Source: Octopus sinensis (lineage: Eukaryota). Taken from it: DNA of 64,000 nt. The stretch lies in NCBI RefSeq assembly GCF_006345805.1, contig NC_043000.1:140244001-140308000 (forward strand), given 5' to 3'. The position numbers and the translations under genes are program-made. The notes under the pieces are model-generated. The model saw only the letters and a program-made list of their open reading frames with translations, had not been told where the DNA came from and searched no databases. This document shows positions 12,460 to 26,160 of this stretch, one piece after another. Every line of letters starts with the position of its first letter. Position 1 is the first letter of the stretch.

Positions 12460-12856
12460 TTTAGTCATTTACTTGTTTCAGTCATTTGACTGCGGCCATG
12501 CTGGAGGACCGCCTTTAGTCGAGCAACTCAATCCCGGGACTTATTCTTTGTAAGCCCAGTACTTATTCTATCGGTCTCTTTTTGCCGAACCGCTAAGTGA
12601 TGGGGACATAAACACATCAGCATCGGTTGTCAAGCAATGCTAGGGCGACAGACACAGACACACAAACATACACGCACACATATATATATACATATATACG
12701 ATGGGCTTCTTTCAGTTTCCGTCTACCAAATCCACTCACAAGGCTTTGGTCGGCCCGAGGCTATAATAGAAGACACTTGCCCAAGGTGCCACGCAGTGGG
12801 ACTAAACCCGGAACCATGTGGTTGGTAGGCAAGCTACTTACCACACAGCCACTCCT
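12460..12856 (-). mobile_element. SINE family S1
   Basis: Full-length reverse copy. Confidence 0.9.
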
Positions 12857-12870
12857 GTATATATTATTCA

Positions 12871-13073
12871 TATAAAATACAGTGTACATTTAAATACATT
12901 AAGAAGGAACAACTAAAGTTCAAACCGCTAATTAGGGATAAATGTTTTTATTTTTCATTCCCTTCAAGATTTTATCCCTAATTAGTGGTTTGAACTTTAG
13001 TTGTTCCTTTTAGGGTAAGGGAGTCCTATGATGGATACCTCCTAATGCGTTTTTAATGTACACTATTTTATAC
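12871..13073. repeat. Inverted duplication (hairpin)
   Basis: 12904-12942 vs 12971-13009 match at 38/39; outer arms 12871-12903 vs 13041-13073 are diverged. Confidence 0.9.
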
Positions 13074-13385
13074 ATATATATATTGTATAAAAGATCATAG
13101 GTAAGGCCAAAACGATGCGAAGTAAATCACAAAAAAAAAAATAGGTGAATCTGTGTGTGAGCTCACACACATGTAGATCGGCAACAATCATCAATTTTTT
13201 GAAAATGGGGTCATAATACTGAAATATTGAATACAAGGTAAATATACATTAATTCCCATATTTGTTTTCTTGTGATTTACCTTGCATTTACTTTGCATTG
13301 TTTTGGCCTTACCTACGATCTTCTATACAGTATATTCTACACAATGCTTCATGGTAATTATTCCATTATAATATATGTATATGTG

Positions 13386-13432
<47 letters not shown>

Positions 13433-13435
<3 letters not shown>

Positions 13436-13835
13436 TGCAGGAGTGGCTGTGTGGTAAGTAGCTTGTTTACCAACCACATGGTTCTGGGTTCAGTCCCACT
13501 GCGTGGCATCTTGGGAAAGTGTCTTCTACTATAGCCTCGCGCTGACCAAAGCCTTGTGAGTGGATTTGGTAGACGGAAACTGAAAGAAGCTCGTCGTATA
13601 TATGTATATATATATATGTGTGTGTGTGTATGTTTGTATGCCTGTGTTTGTCCCCCTAGCATTGCTTGACTGATGCTGGTGTGTTTATGTCCCTGTCTCT
13701 TAGCAGTTCGGCAAAAGCGACCGATAGAATAAGTATTGGGCTTACAAAGAATAAGTCCCGGGGTCGAGTTGCTCGATTAAAGGCGGTGCTCCAGCATGGC
13801 CGCAGTCAAAATGACTGAAACAAGTAAAAAAAGAA
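13433..13835 (+). mobile_element. SINE family S1
   Basis: Full-length copy. Confidence 0.9.
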
Positions 13836-14564
13836 AATAAAAAAAGAATATATATAGTATATATATCTATATATATATATGTATGTATGCATGTATATAT
13901 ATATCTATATATATGGGGAGAGAGAAAGAAAGAAAGAGATCACATGAAAAGGTTTACACTGATATTTTCTTAAAAGTGATATATAAAAATAAATGATAGA
14001 ATAAAAAAAAAGACAAATAACAAACTTACATAAACATAAGTAAGTATATCCTACTTAAAACCTTTATGCAGTGTTTCTTAGAATTCTTTCTATTTGGTTA
14101 CATATTTGTGACAGACACAACAGAGACTGTACCTTGGCCTAAGGATATATATCACTGTTTGTTAATGTGTGTGTTTTTTTGGTATATTGCTGGAAATAAT
14201 AAAGATTCCGACACTTTAGATGAACACAAACATAAAAACTGAATAAACAATAATTAAAAGAATTCTATCAGAGTATTGTGATGATGTAATTCTGAGAAAT
14301 AAAATCGCCAAAGAAATTAATAATTACAAAGATTTTTGTACAAAAGCACGAGATAACCTCCTCTTCTTGAAGAGAAGCTTAAGACATTTTTATCACGTTG
14401 ATATTTTGACCAGTTCTTCCTATTCGAGTTCAGAATGTTATGGGCAAAGTGCATCATGACTGGAATTGAAATTTAAGCATTTAAAAGTTCATAACTGAAT
14501 AATGAGATCATCTTATCCAACATCGGATCCTGGAAAATGTTCTCTTATTATTGCTATTTCTCTC

Positions 14565-14845
14565 TCTCTTTACTCTTTTACTTGTTTCAGTCATTTGACT
14601 GCGGCCATGCTGGAGCACTGCCTTTAGTTGAGCAAACATACAAACACACATACATAAATATATATATATATATTATATATATATATATACAATGGGCTTC
14701 TTTCAGTTTCTGTCTACCAAATCTACTCACAAGGCTTTGGTTGGCCTAAGGCTATAGTAGAAAACACTTGCCCAAGGTGCCACAGAGTGGGACTGAACCC
14801 AGAACCATGTGGCTGGTAAGCAAGCTACTTACCACGCAGCCACTT
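14565..14845 (-). mobile_element. SINE family S1, internally deleted
   Basis: Tail and head present; central tail block missing. Confidence 0.85.
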
Positions 14846-14899
14846 CTACGCCTATCCACACAGCCACTCTTACACCATTGTTATTTTAATTTTATCAGC

Positions 14900-15445
14900 C
14901 TCAGATCCAGAAAGACATGAGACAAGGTGGTGAAGTATGATCTTCAAATTTTGGGCCTCACAGAGGCAATGACTAGTGACCAAGACCTTCGGCAATATTC
15001 TGTGCTTGAAAAGACCTGTCAAGCCAAGTGAAATTCACAGTTGTGGCTGATGCTGGTGTCATGCAACTGGCACCAATGCAGTGGAACATAAAAAGCACTT
15101 TTTGAGTGTTGAACCTCATGGCGGCAATAACCGAGGTCTTTGGCATTACGTCGTGATTGAGAAGAAGACCCATCACGCCAAGTAAAATCACAATTGTGGC
15201 AGACACCAGTGTCATGTGTAAATGGCACCCATGCCGATGATGACATGTAAAAGCACCCATCACACTCTCAGAATAATTGGTGTTAGGAGGGGGGCATCCA
15301 GCAGTAGAAACAATGCCAAACAGACGGAAGTCTGGCACAGTTTTCCAGCTTGCCAGCCTTGACCAAACTGTTCAACCCATGTCAGCATTGACAACAGACG
15401 TTAAAATAGGATGATGGTGATGATGATGATGATGATGATGATGTT
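14900..15445 (+). mobile_element. RTE-LINE ORF end plus 3' UTR
   Basis: Decayed PRKTWDEVVKHDL..GLTEAMTSD-like end (aaggtggtgaagtatgatcttc..ctcacagaggcaatgactagtgac), followed by the common UTR and (GAT)n. Confidence 0.8.
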
Positions 15446-15552
15446 GATTTCTTTGAAATTTTTTATCTAATTATGGAAAGATTTTTGATGAATGCACACA
15501 TCACACTGAAATGCCCATTGGGGTTGGCCAGGAGGTTGAACAGCTACACATA

Positions 15553-15968
15553 GGCGCAGGAGTGGCTGTGTGGTAAGTAGCTTGCTAACCAACCACATGG
15601 TTCCGGGTTCAGTCCCACTGCGTGGCATCTTGGGCAAGTGTCTTCTGCTATAGCCTCGGGCTGACCAAAGCCTTGTGAGTGGATTTGGTAGACGGAAACT
15701 GAAAGAAGCCTGTCGTATATATGTATATATATATATATGTATGTGTGTGTATATGTTTGTGTGTCTGTGTTTGTCCATCTACCATTGCTTGACAACCGAT
15801 GCTGGTGTGTTTACGTCCCGTCACTTAGCGGTTCGGCAAAGAGACCGATAGAATAAGTACTGGGCTTACAAAAATAAGTCCCGGGTCGATTTGCTCGACT
15901 AAAGGCAGTGCTCCAGCATGGCTACAGTCAATGACTGAAACAAGTAAGAGAGTAAAAGAGTAAAGAGT
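15553..15968 (+). mobile_element. SINE family S1
   Basis: Full-length copy; a second tail-only fragment lies at about 16085-16303. Confidence 0.9.
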
Positions 15969-18769
15969 ATAGCTTATGACATTTTTCTAGGCTATTCTTA
16001 AATTATAGACAGGTTTTCTTCTTATGCATACAAAGTGTGGCTGTGATTAAAGATATGAAAATACTGACATGATATGAAAATATGTGTGTGTGTGTGTATG
16101 TTTGTGTATCTGTGTTTGTTCCCCCAACATCACTTAACAACAGATGCTGGTGTGCTTACATTCCTGTAACTTAGTGTTTCGGCAAAAGAGGCCGATAGAA
16201 TAAGTACTAGGCTTATAAAGAATAAGTCCTGTGGTTGATTTGCTTGACTAAAGGTGGTACTCCAGCATGGCCATAATCACATGACTGAAACAAGTGAAAG
16301 AGTAATGAAAAATCATACACCTTAATGTTTTTGAAACAAGTTGTTTAATTGATGAAATTTCTTCTTATTTTATAATGATCAAAAATGAAATCTTCACAGA
16401 AAATCAGCAAAGCAGTTCTGATTGGGAATTGAATCAAAGTACTAATTCTTAGACTTGATTAAATTTCAAGAAATTATCAACATACAAAAACAAGTTATCA
16501 TATGCTGTACATCCTCTTCACTAACAAGAAATCATTCAATATAAGAAATAAAGTTCACATTCGTTGCCAGCTTTGGTTACTGTTGCAATTCTATCTTAAC
16601 CCGATTTATTTATGGTGGTTCCTATCCAAAATCGTTTTGGAAGAATCACAATACAATATTGTTTTCGAAAGGCTACAGACTGCAAACAAGAATTGGCAAT
16701 TGGCTAATAAGTTAAGAATTGCACTGATGTCATTATTGACAGGTAAACGGCATGATCTTTTATACTGGCAAACTACCTCTCTATTGCTATGTATAAATTC
16801 TATTACAATATCAGGACAATGTCAATTATTCTCTTCACTCAGCTAAGTTGATGCTGTTTGGCAAATGTAACACTCCGTCAATTAGTGTGTGATTCATATG
16901 TAAGAGATGGTCATAAAACAGCGTCAATTAAATAAGAATTGGAGGCTCGTTAAACAAGGGAATGGTATTTAAGCTATTTATAATCTTCCAAATTGAGTAG
17001 GCTACACTTTCTTTGTGAGAATCTTTAACAGGATTGTATTACTTTGTACAACAGCACAACAAAAATAATTCTGACGTTCTCTTCCAGAAGGTGTTTGAGT
17101 CATTTTGTGTGTTCTATAGTTATATACTGAATTTATGTATTATATATTGTCCCGATAACCAACTCCACTACAACCAACACCAACAACCAACACCAACAAC
17201 CAACACCAACATCACCGCCATTCTTCCCCACCATCACTACAATGAGCACTTCCTACAATACCACCACTACTATCACCTGACTATCACAGTTATGATAATT
17301 ATGATGATTAACACCGCTACCACTACCACTACCATAGAACATATGTTAGTATCTTACAAACTTTCTTCATGTTTGTGGTGGTATTTTTTTCAGTATCATG
17401 CAAATATACATCTTTGTGAGTCAAACTGACTGTGTTCAAATATATCTTTCATTGTTTCCGTCTGATGAGTTTTCATTTGTGTTTGTTTTAATTTATGTGC
17501 ATTCAACAATTAATGCCCTGTTTCTATTTAGAGCAAATGCATCTTGCAAATACATCTAGTTGCCCCTCTACGAGACCTAGCAATATCAGATACATTAAGA
17601 ACTGAGACAAATTTTGCTTAAAGTAGAATAATGTCTATCTTAGCTATTGGGATTAAATGTCCAAACATTTCGAAGTTCTCTGCTTGAAAAATAATCCAAA
17701 AGCAAAACTGTCCACCCTGTTAAGCTTGGTAATAATTCAATTTCCTCAGAGCTATCTCAAGTGAAATCCATGTGCTTTGCAACATAACTGTAATCAACAT
17801 CATCATCACCATCAACAGGAATAATAATGTCTAACAAACTCACTAGAACACAGATTTGGGGAAATGGTGTAATCGATTGAACTGATATTATACATGACAG
17901 ATATTAACTTTTAATGACCCCACCACCCTAGAGAAAGGGTGAAAAACAATATCGACAGGGAAATTTGAAGAGAGAACAAAACATGATGCAGCTAAATATC
18001 ACAGGGAATGCTATAACTGTTTATAAAGCTGATAATGCGATATCAAGTCTCCCTGAGGACTAAACAACAGCAACAAATGGTAATTGTTTTTGCAGTAATG
18101 TAAGTTAAATTCAACTTGGGAAGGGTTACAAGATATAGAAGCAGAATAACTAAACTGGTAGCAATTCACACTACTAGTTCAAATGAAAATTATAACAATT
18201 TATATCTAACAAGAACATACAATCTTAAATTTGTGGAGGTGACCAGTTGATAATATGATAATACTGCTCACAATACTTAACAGGTGTTTTAGTGTATAGA
18301 ACCCCGAGAAAGGAAAGGCAAAGTTAACCATAACAGAATTCGAATTAAGAAGGTAAAAAATACCACAAGTTCAATAATCTAACAGTTCAGTTGTCCCACC
18401 TTCCAAAACTGTTTTGATATCACAGCCCATATTCTACAGAAGACACTTTCTATTTAATAGTACAAGGCTTTTGAGGCCTCTGTTGGATTTGCGAACCTTC
18501 TGGCATACACTGCAGTTAAAAGTGTGCACAGACATATATAATCAGAATAGTTGGTGGAGGTTTGTTTTCCATGCATTGCAAATGAGACTTTAGGCCAGCC
18601 AAAGACAGGTATGTCTGTCACAGACTGTGCACACAAAAAGGTCATTAGCATTCACCTTCTCCATCGTTACATTCATATGACATGAGCAAATTCCTGAATC
18701 CTTTATCTATTTATCTGTCTGTCTGTCTGTCTCTGTCTCCCTCTATCTATCTATCTGCCCCAACTGGCT

Positions 18770-18915
18770 CTTCCCTGCCCCTATAATATACAGCATCCAG
18801 CTGTATAAACACTGCCAGATCAGATTGGAGCCTTGTGTGGCCTCCTGACTTGCCATTCTCCAGTCAAATCATCCAACCCATGGAAAACAGACGCTAAACG
18901 ATGATGATGATGATG

Positions 18916-18918
<3 letters not shown>
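18770..18918 (+). mobile_element. RTE-LINE 3' UTR tip
   Basis: gcatccagctgta..cagacgctaaacgatgatgat. Confidence 0.75.
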
Positions 18919-18947
<29 letters not shown>

Positions 18948-19371
18948 AGGGGATAAGATTGTTAATTTAAATATCGATCTTATGTGGCCAGCATGGGAAT
19001 AAAAACCTTCAAAGGTAATAATTATTATTAAAATTATAATTTAGGCTATCTTTGACAGGGCAAAGAATTGAGTGAACAAAAAGAAATGTGAGTACTCTAT
19101 GAATGAGTAAGAGCTTATTTGTATTTGCTGGAAGTTGAAAAATTGGCGAACTCTTAATTCAAGTCTATATTTCTAATTTAGTTTTACTGCTTAAAGCTTT
19201 CTCAACAGAGAGAAACGAGTGTGCAACTACTGCAGTAATAAAATAGACAAATAGGTTTTTCAGTATTTAAATCTATATGAGTACTTCTGATTTATGCTGA
19301 GTTGTGCATAAAATAGACGTGGTTTAATCGTTGATGAAATGTCACATGCACATATATGTATTATATATATA

Positions 19372-19420
<49 letters not shown>

Positions 19421-20624
19421 CTTTGATACTTTGATACTTTGATACTTTGATAGGTTTCGGCCATTATTGGCCCAGGCCATGTCTAACTTAATAGCACCAC
19501 CTGGTGAAGTCTTTCAAGTCAGAATTTGGGCACTATGGCCCACTCAAGTAGAGAGTTATTGTTTACAGAGACATATCCGGGTGTAGGGGGTTTATCCGGG
19601 ATTTCTTGAAGGAATCTGTCCAAAGACTTCTTGAACCCTATAGGGTCAGTTTCTGTTTTAATGTGTTTTGGTGTAATGTTGTTATGAGATGAGAGTGCGA
19701 TTTTTGTTTTGGGCGGATGGCACGGGGCCCAAGCCTTGGATGTACCTTAAAGGTGATGCCAACATCATTTGGGCAATGCTGATGGAATATTTTCCACATC
19801 ATGCAGATGATGTAGCGCTCACGACGACGTTGGAGAGAATAGAGTTTTAGCTTTTCTAGTCGACCCCAATAGTCGAGGCCTGTCATGCCATCTATCTTTT
19901 TTGTGATTGCCCTTTGAGGTGCTTCAACTTTTATGATACCTTGTATTGTGTGGGGAGACCACAGTGGACAACAGTATTCAAGGGGGGGTCGGGCAAAAGT
20001 GGAGAAGAGAAGGATAATGGTGTGGATATCTCTCGACTGGAAAGTTCTGAGAATCCAGGAACACATTTGCGGGCCATGTCAACTTTGGTGTTTATATGAG
20101 TGGCCCAGCTATGTTGTTGTCCACAATTACTCCCAAGTCTCTGATGTTGTTGGACGCCGCGAGAGTTTCACCTGAAGGAAGGGAGTATGGAGTTTCAGGG
20201 CATCCTCTTTTCCAAAGTGGATTAGCTCAATTTATCCTCGTTCAGCAGCATATTGTTTTTTTCTGCCCATTGGATAACAGCCAGTAGATCTGACTGAAGG
20301 CATGTCGGTCACTCGCCTCATTATGACCTTCTGTAGCTTGGAGTCATCTGCAAAGATTTTATGTTGCTGTGCTTGATGATGTCATTAATGTCATTAATGT
20401 AAATGATGAAAAGAAGTGGGCCCAGCACAGTGCCTTGTGGAACGCCTACTACTGACTTTGGCTGGGCTTGATTTTACCCCTTCAACTAAACATGTTGAGA
20501 TCTGTCTGTCAGGAAAACACTTGATCCATTTCAGTAACTTTCCAGAGACACCAATGTTGGATAGTTTTTTCAATAGGATCTTGTGATCGACCCTGTCGAA
20601 GGCCTTACTGAAATCAAGGTAGAT
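19421..20624 (-). mobile_element. CR1-clade LINE: RT domain to 3' end, frameshifted
   Basis: [33 protein letters not shown] and LEYCCPLWSPH..LYSLQRRRERY motifs. 8-bp tandem tail (GTATCAAA)n at 19421-19452, typical of CR1. Confidence 0.93.
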
Positions 20625-20704
20625 GACCTATCTATCTATCTATCTATGTATATATATAAATGCATATATATCTATGTCAATATTTTACCCTTGTTATTTA
20701 AATT

Positions 20705-20786
<82 letters not shown>

Positions 20787-20880
20787 GATACATATATACA
20801 TATATAGATACATATATATATTATATACATAATATATATACATATATATATACATATATATATATATATACATATTATAC

Positions 20881-20949
<69 letters not shown>

Positions 20950-21120
20950 ATACATACAATATACTATATATATATAACTTTATATATAGATACGCATACT
21001 ATATATATGTTTTTTTATAACATATATTACCGCATTTATATATATATATATAGTATGTCAATTTTTACCCTTGTTATTTAAATTTATATATATATATATA
21101 TAGAATAATAGCTATATAAT
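20625..21120. repeat. (TA)n-rich tract with a ~37-bp duplicated unique motif
   Basis: tatgtcaa(t)attttacccttgttatttaaatttatat at about 20674 and 21054. Confidence 0.85.
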
Positions 21121-21140
21121 AGTATATCGTAATAATAATT

Positions 21141-21364
21141 ATATACTCCGATTTAAAGTGACATTTATCTAAACAGTTGACCGTAAAACAATGAGCTAAC
21201 TCTGGCTAGAATCAAGCCCACATATCAACACTTACACGGCTCCTTGCACATCCAATTGAACACTCACCCTTAAATTTCAGCACAATTTTATGTATAAATA
21301 CTTAACTGTCGAGTACTATATATAATTTTTGTTTAGATAAATGTCACTTCAAATCGGAGTATAT
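21141..21364. mobile_element. MITE with ~35-bp terminal inverted repeats, TA-flanked (Tc1/mariner-type)
   Basis: atatactccgatttaaagtgacatttatctaaaca (21141-21175) vs tgtttagataaatgtcacttcaaatcggagtatat (21330-21364), 1 mismatch. Confidence 0.85.
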
Positions 21365-21479
21365 GTACTATTATTTTCATGACATATTATTACATAGTCA
21401 TTGTATAAAAATGACTTTTGTAGTCCCTTTTTATCCATATCTTATCAAGCCTCCAGGTTTGCTTAAAAATATTAAACAT

Positions 21480-21942
21480 AGGCACAGGAGTGGCTGTGCG
21501 GTAAGTAGCTTGTTTACCAACCACATGGTTCTGGGTTCAGTCCCACTAGGAGTGGCTGTGTGGTAAGTAGCTTGTTTACCAACCACATGCTTCTGGGTTC
21601 AGTCCCACTGTGTGGCACCTTGGGTAAGTGTCTTCTACTATAGCCTCGGGCCAATTAAAGCCTTGTGAGTGGATTTGGTAGACGGAAACTGAAGGAAGCC
21701 TGTCGTATATATATATATATATGCATGTGTGTGTTTGTGTGTCTGTGTTTTTGTTTGTCCCATCAACATCGCTACACAACCGATGCTGGTGTGTTTATGT
21801 CCCCGTTACTTAGTGATTCGGCAAAAGAGACCAATAGAATAAGTACTGGGCTTACAAAAGAATAAAACACGGGGTCGAGTTGCTCGATTAAATGTGGTGC
21901 TCCAGCATGGCCGCAGTCAAATGACTGAAACAAGTAAAAGAG
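21480..21942 (+). mobile_element. SINE family S1 with tandemly duplicated ~62-bp head
   Basis: aggagtggctgtg..cagtcccact occurs twice in tandem. Confidence 0.9.
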
Positions 21943-22094
21943 TATATATGTATATAATATATACATATACATATATATGTATATACGTGTGTGTGTATGT
22001 GTATATAGTTATAAAATATTTATAAAATTTACTTATGTGCTTTCATTTCCGGGCTAACCACTTGATAAAAATCATTTATGATTTTACGCTTTAT

Positions 22095-22211
22095 TGTGTA
22101 TATATATATTATATATATATATATATATTATATATATATATATGTATGTATATATATGTATATTATATGTATATATATATATGTATGTATATATATGTAT
22201 ATATATATATG

Positions 22212-22287
<76 letters not shown>

Positions 22288-22318
22288 ATATGTATATATA
22301 TGTATATATATATGTATA

Positions 22319-22366
<48 letters not shown>

Positions 22367-23439
22367 CTGGACTGATCCCAAAATTCAGTTTCTGTCAGTC
22401 ACAAGACCAAACATCCCTGAAAGTTTCATCTGAATCCTTCCTGCAGTTCTTGAGATATCTTGTCAACAGACAAACAAACATGACTGCAAACAATACCTCC
22501 ATCTTCACTAAGGCAGGGATAATAATAATGATGATGATAACAGTTCTTTGATTTAGGCATGTGACTAGTGGAGGGTTTGTTCAAATCTATTCGTCTCAAA
22601 ACATCACTGATACCATAATTTATCCGTTGTGAAAGATGAAGTGTAAAGTAGACAGCAGCAAGATTTGAGGTTAGAAGGTAAAGAACCTGAAGAATTATCT
22701 GATGGCTTTAAAAATTTTAATATTGGCTCTATTATTGCCATGTATATGACAGGAGAAAGGGTATTATAAGGGCAGTTTTAAAAATGGTGCATGTTTTTGT
22801 AGAAATAATGAAGAAGGAACAGACATTTTAAAATGAATCGGCAGAAAACAAAATTAAGAATTTAAATTTTGAGATAACATTGACTATAAAGAAGAACAAA
22901 ATTGTGATGGTAGCTTTGGTGGTGATGGTAGGGGTAAGGAAGAAATAGAAGAAAACGAAGGAGGAGAAGGAGGAGGAGAAGAAGGAGGAGGAGAAGAAGA
23001 AGGAGAAGAAGAAGAAGAAGGGGAAGAAGAGGAAGGAGAAGAAGAAGAAGCAGAAGAAGAAGAAGAAAACAACAACAACAACAAAGAACACAAAAAGAGA
23101 GAAAGAGAAGAAAAATGAAGAAGACAGGTAAAGGCTATTATAAAGAGGAAAATGGCAAAGAGATAGCAGAAAAAACAGGGAGATAATGGAGACATAAAAT
23201 GAGGGTTGTGGAAGAAAGAAAAAAGTTTAAAAATTAAAAGACAAGAGTGAAAGAAGAAGAAGAAATGAGATGATATGAGGATACTTTGATAGTTAGTTTG
23301 TATTTAGATTCTATGTTCTACAGAGAAATGATAGATTCATGTCATGAAAAAATGCAATGTTCACACACACACACACATATATATATGCATATATATATTT
23401 ACATATGTGTATATATGTGCTTTTTCATATATATATGTA

Positions 23440-23515
<76 letters not shown>

Positions 23516-23524
23516 TATATATAT

Positions 23525-23583
<59 letters not shown>

Positions 23584-23589
23584 ATAATA

Positions 23590-23659
<70 letters not shown>

Positions 23660-24165
23660 TGTGTGTGTGTGTGTGTATGCATATATATATAGATATATAT
23701 GTATGTATATATATATATATATATATATATACATGAACATTGCAAAAGCAATCAAATGGAAGACAAACGCAAACACACTGTACCAAAGCATGAATCTATA
23801 TATCCATATACAATGACAGTCTTCAGTTCCACAGAGATTAGATTGATCTGGAAGATTCTCTGCAGAGAAAACTCTGAAGGTCACAAGAGGATTCCTGGGA
23901 TGGTAGAGAATGCAACATATAGAATGTTCTTGATGTGGTTTACCATATTTGATGTATTTGCTTTTCCTTTCTGTATTCACCACATTTCTTCCAAATCTCA
24001 CACTCTATACACACGCATTTATCATCATCATCATCATCATCATTTAGCGTCCGTTTTCCATGCTAGCATGGGTTGGACGGTTCTACTGGGGTCTGTGAAG
24101 CCAGAAGGCTTCATCAGGCCCAGTCAAATCTGGCAGTGTTTCTACGGCTGGATGCCCTTCCTAAC

Positions 24166-24208
<43 letters not shown>

Positions 24209-24357
24209 TATATATATATAATATATATATACATATATGTATATACATATGTACATATATATAATATATACATAGATATATATATATACATACATACATA
24301 CTATATATATATATATACATACATACATATATATGTACATACCCATACATACGTATG

Positions 24358-24393
<36 letters not shown>

Positions 24394-24435
24394 TACATAT
24401 ATATATACATATATGTACATACACACACACATATG

Positions 24436-24470
<35 letters not shown>
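22095..24470. repeat. Microsatellite-dense block: (TA)n 22095-22365, (GAA/GGA)n 22930-23280, (TA)n 23350-23735 and 24165-24470
   Basis: Direct reading; an RTE UTR tip lies at 24022-24170. Confidence 0.9.
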
Positions 24471-24474
<4 letters not shown>

Positions 24475-24543
24475 CAAAATGAGAAAAACAAAGCCAAGGC
24501 TGTGAGGAGTTATCAGGACATTTATAAGGAAAAAGATATAGAT

Positions 24544-24597
24544 ATAGTCTTACAGCTGTTTCTGGGACATAATGGATATCCCTTCATCAGAGACGAT
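24544..24597 (-). ncRNA. Type I minimal hammerhead ribozyme (family D)
   Basis: Minus strand: atc-gtct CTGATGA aggga-tatccattatg-tccca GAA ACAGCTGT A agac-tat. Stem I gtct/agac, stem II ggga/tccc, perfectly palindromic stem III ACAGCTGT, GUA cleavage triplet. Confidence 0.85.
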
Positions 24598-25042
24598 GTG
24601 AAATGGTTAAATAGAGGTAAATATTTGAGTTTGAAATAAGAAATTATTAAGAAAAAGGAGGAGACAAGGAATATAGAGGGAAATAAGAGAATGAAAGTAG
24701 AAATAAAATATAAGATATATGAAGATATTGTAGATGTAGTTCTATTATTCGAAGAAAGTAGTGTATAGAAGTGGTAAAACAGTTTCCTGTAAGACTATAT
24801 CTATATCTCTTTCCTTACAAATGTTCTGATAATGCCTCACAGCCTTGGCTTTGTAATCTCATGTTGTCTAATATATATATTGCATGTTAATACAAAACCC
24901 GCATTAGACTCCTCCCTCATACAACTATCGAACCAAGAGTTTAACTAAAGTCTCTCCATAGTACTTACTTAGCATTACCTGCCACTCTTTGGGTCTTCTA
25001 GATACCAGTACCTCTTGTGTATATATAAGTATATATATATGA

Positions 25043-25377
25043 TGGCCCATGGCTCAGTGGTTAGAGCGTCAAGCTTATGATCGTGAGGTTGTTTGTTCGA
25101 ATCCCGGACCAGGCTGCGTGTTGTGTTCTTGAGCAAGACACTTTATTTCACGTTGCTCCAGTTCACTCACCTGTAGAAATGAGTTGCGACGTCACAGGTG
25201 CCAAGTTGTATCAGCCTTTGCCTTTCCCTTAGATAACACTGGTGACGTGGAGAGGGGAGGCTGGTATGCATGGGCGACTGCTGGTCTTCCATAAAACAAC
25301 CTTGCCCAGACTTGTGCCTGGGAGGGTAAATTTCTAGATGCAATCCCATGGTCAGCCATGACCGAAGTGGGTCTCAG
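25043..25377 (+). mobile_element. tRNA-derived SINE family S4
   Basis: ggcccatggctcagtggttagagc..gttcgaatcccggacc head (A/B boxes), then a ttgagcaagacactttatttcac core-like block. Confidence 0.85.
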
Positions 25378-25386
25378 CATATCAGC

Positions 25387-25421
<35 letters not shown>

Positions 25422-25595
25422 CATTAAAAAGTTTATTGTAAGCCTATATAGAAAATATTTGTAAGCCTTTATAGAAAAAAATACACTATAATTCTAAAAT
25501 TCAAATCTATATAAGTAATGAATTATACTATAATCAGTTAAATAATGTTGTCCAACGGTGTTAAAATCAAATTTTCAAAAGAATTCCTGCTTTAC

Positions 25596-25607
25596 CTGTA
25601 CTCTAGG
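25596..25607 (-). CDS. Putative 12-nt microexon CCTAGAGTACAG
   Basis: ggcatgtttatttcAG|CCTAGAGTACAG|GTAAAG; frame-preserving. Confidence 0.27.
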
Positions 25608-26160
25608 CTGAAATAAACATGCCCTTAATTTATACATGAACTCTTTTGCTTTAAGGTTCAAAGAAAATTTTAAAAAAACATATGGTTAACATAAACTTTA
25701 TACCTAGTTTAGATGGAAGGTCGGTAGGGGCAGTTCATCCCAGATGGCACTTTTGGGTCTGCTGTAGGCAATAAGTGTTTTTTGGGGATCTGGGGGTGGC
25801 ACGCAATCTAGCTACACTAGTGTATATATATATATATATATGCATATATATATTTAGAGAGATTGAGGCAGAGAGAGGAAGTTTAGTTCAAGGGAGATAG
25901 AATTAAGAGAAAAGAAAACTATACGGTAAACTGAAAATAGAAGAAGTACATTGGAAGATAGGAGAAATAATGAAGGATTAAAGAGAAAGACCTCTATACG
26001 CGCACACATACATGTATACATGGTTCCAGATTCAGTCCCACTGTGTAGCACCTTGGGCAAGTGTCTTCTACTGTAGTCTCAAGTCGACCAAAGCCTTGTG
26101 AGTGGATTTGTTAGACAGAAACTGAGAAAAGCCTGTTGTATATATATATATATATATATA

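Noticed and set aside
16502-17100. 114-aa ORF and a repeat-free block with TAAT/CCAAT/TATA-like words
   Set aside because: No recognisable domain or exon structure; short motifs are expected by chance in AT-rich DNA. It could be regulatory, but the sequence alone does not support that.
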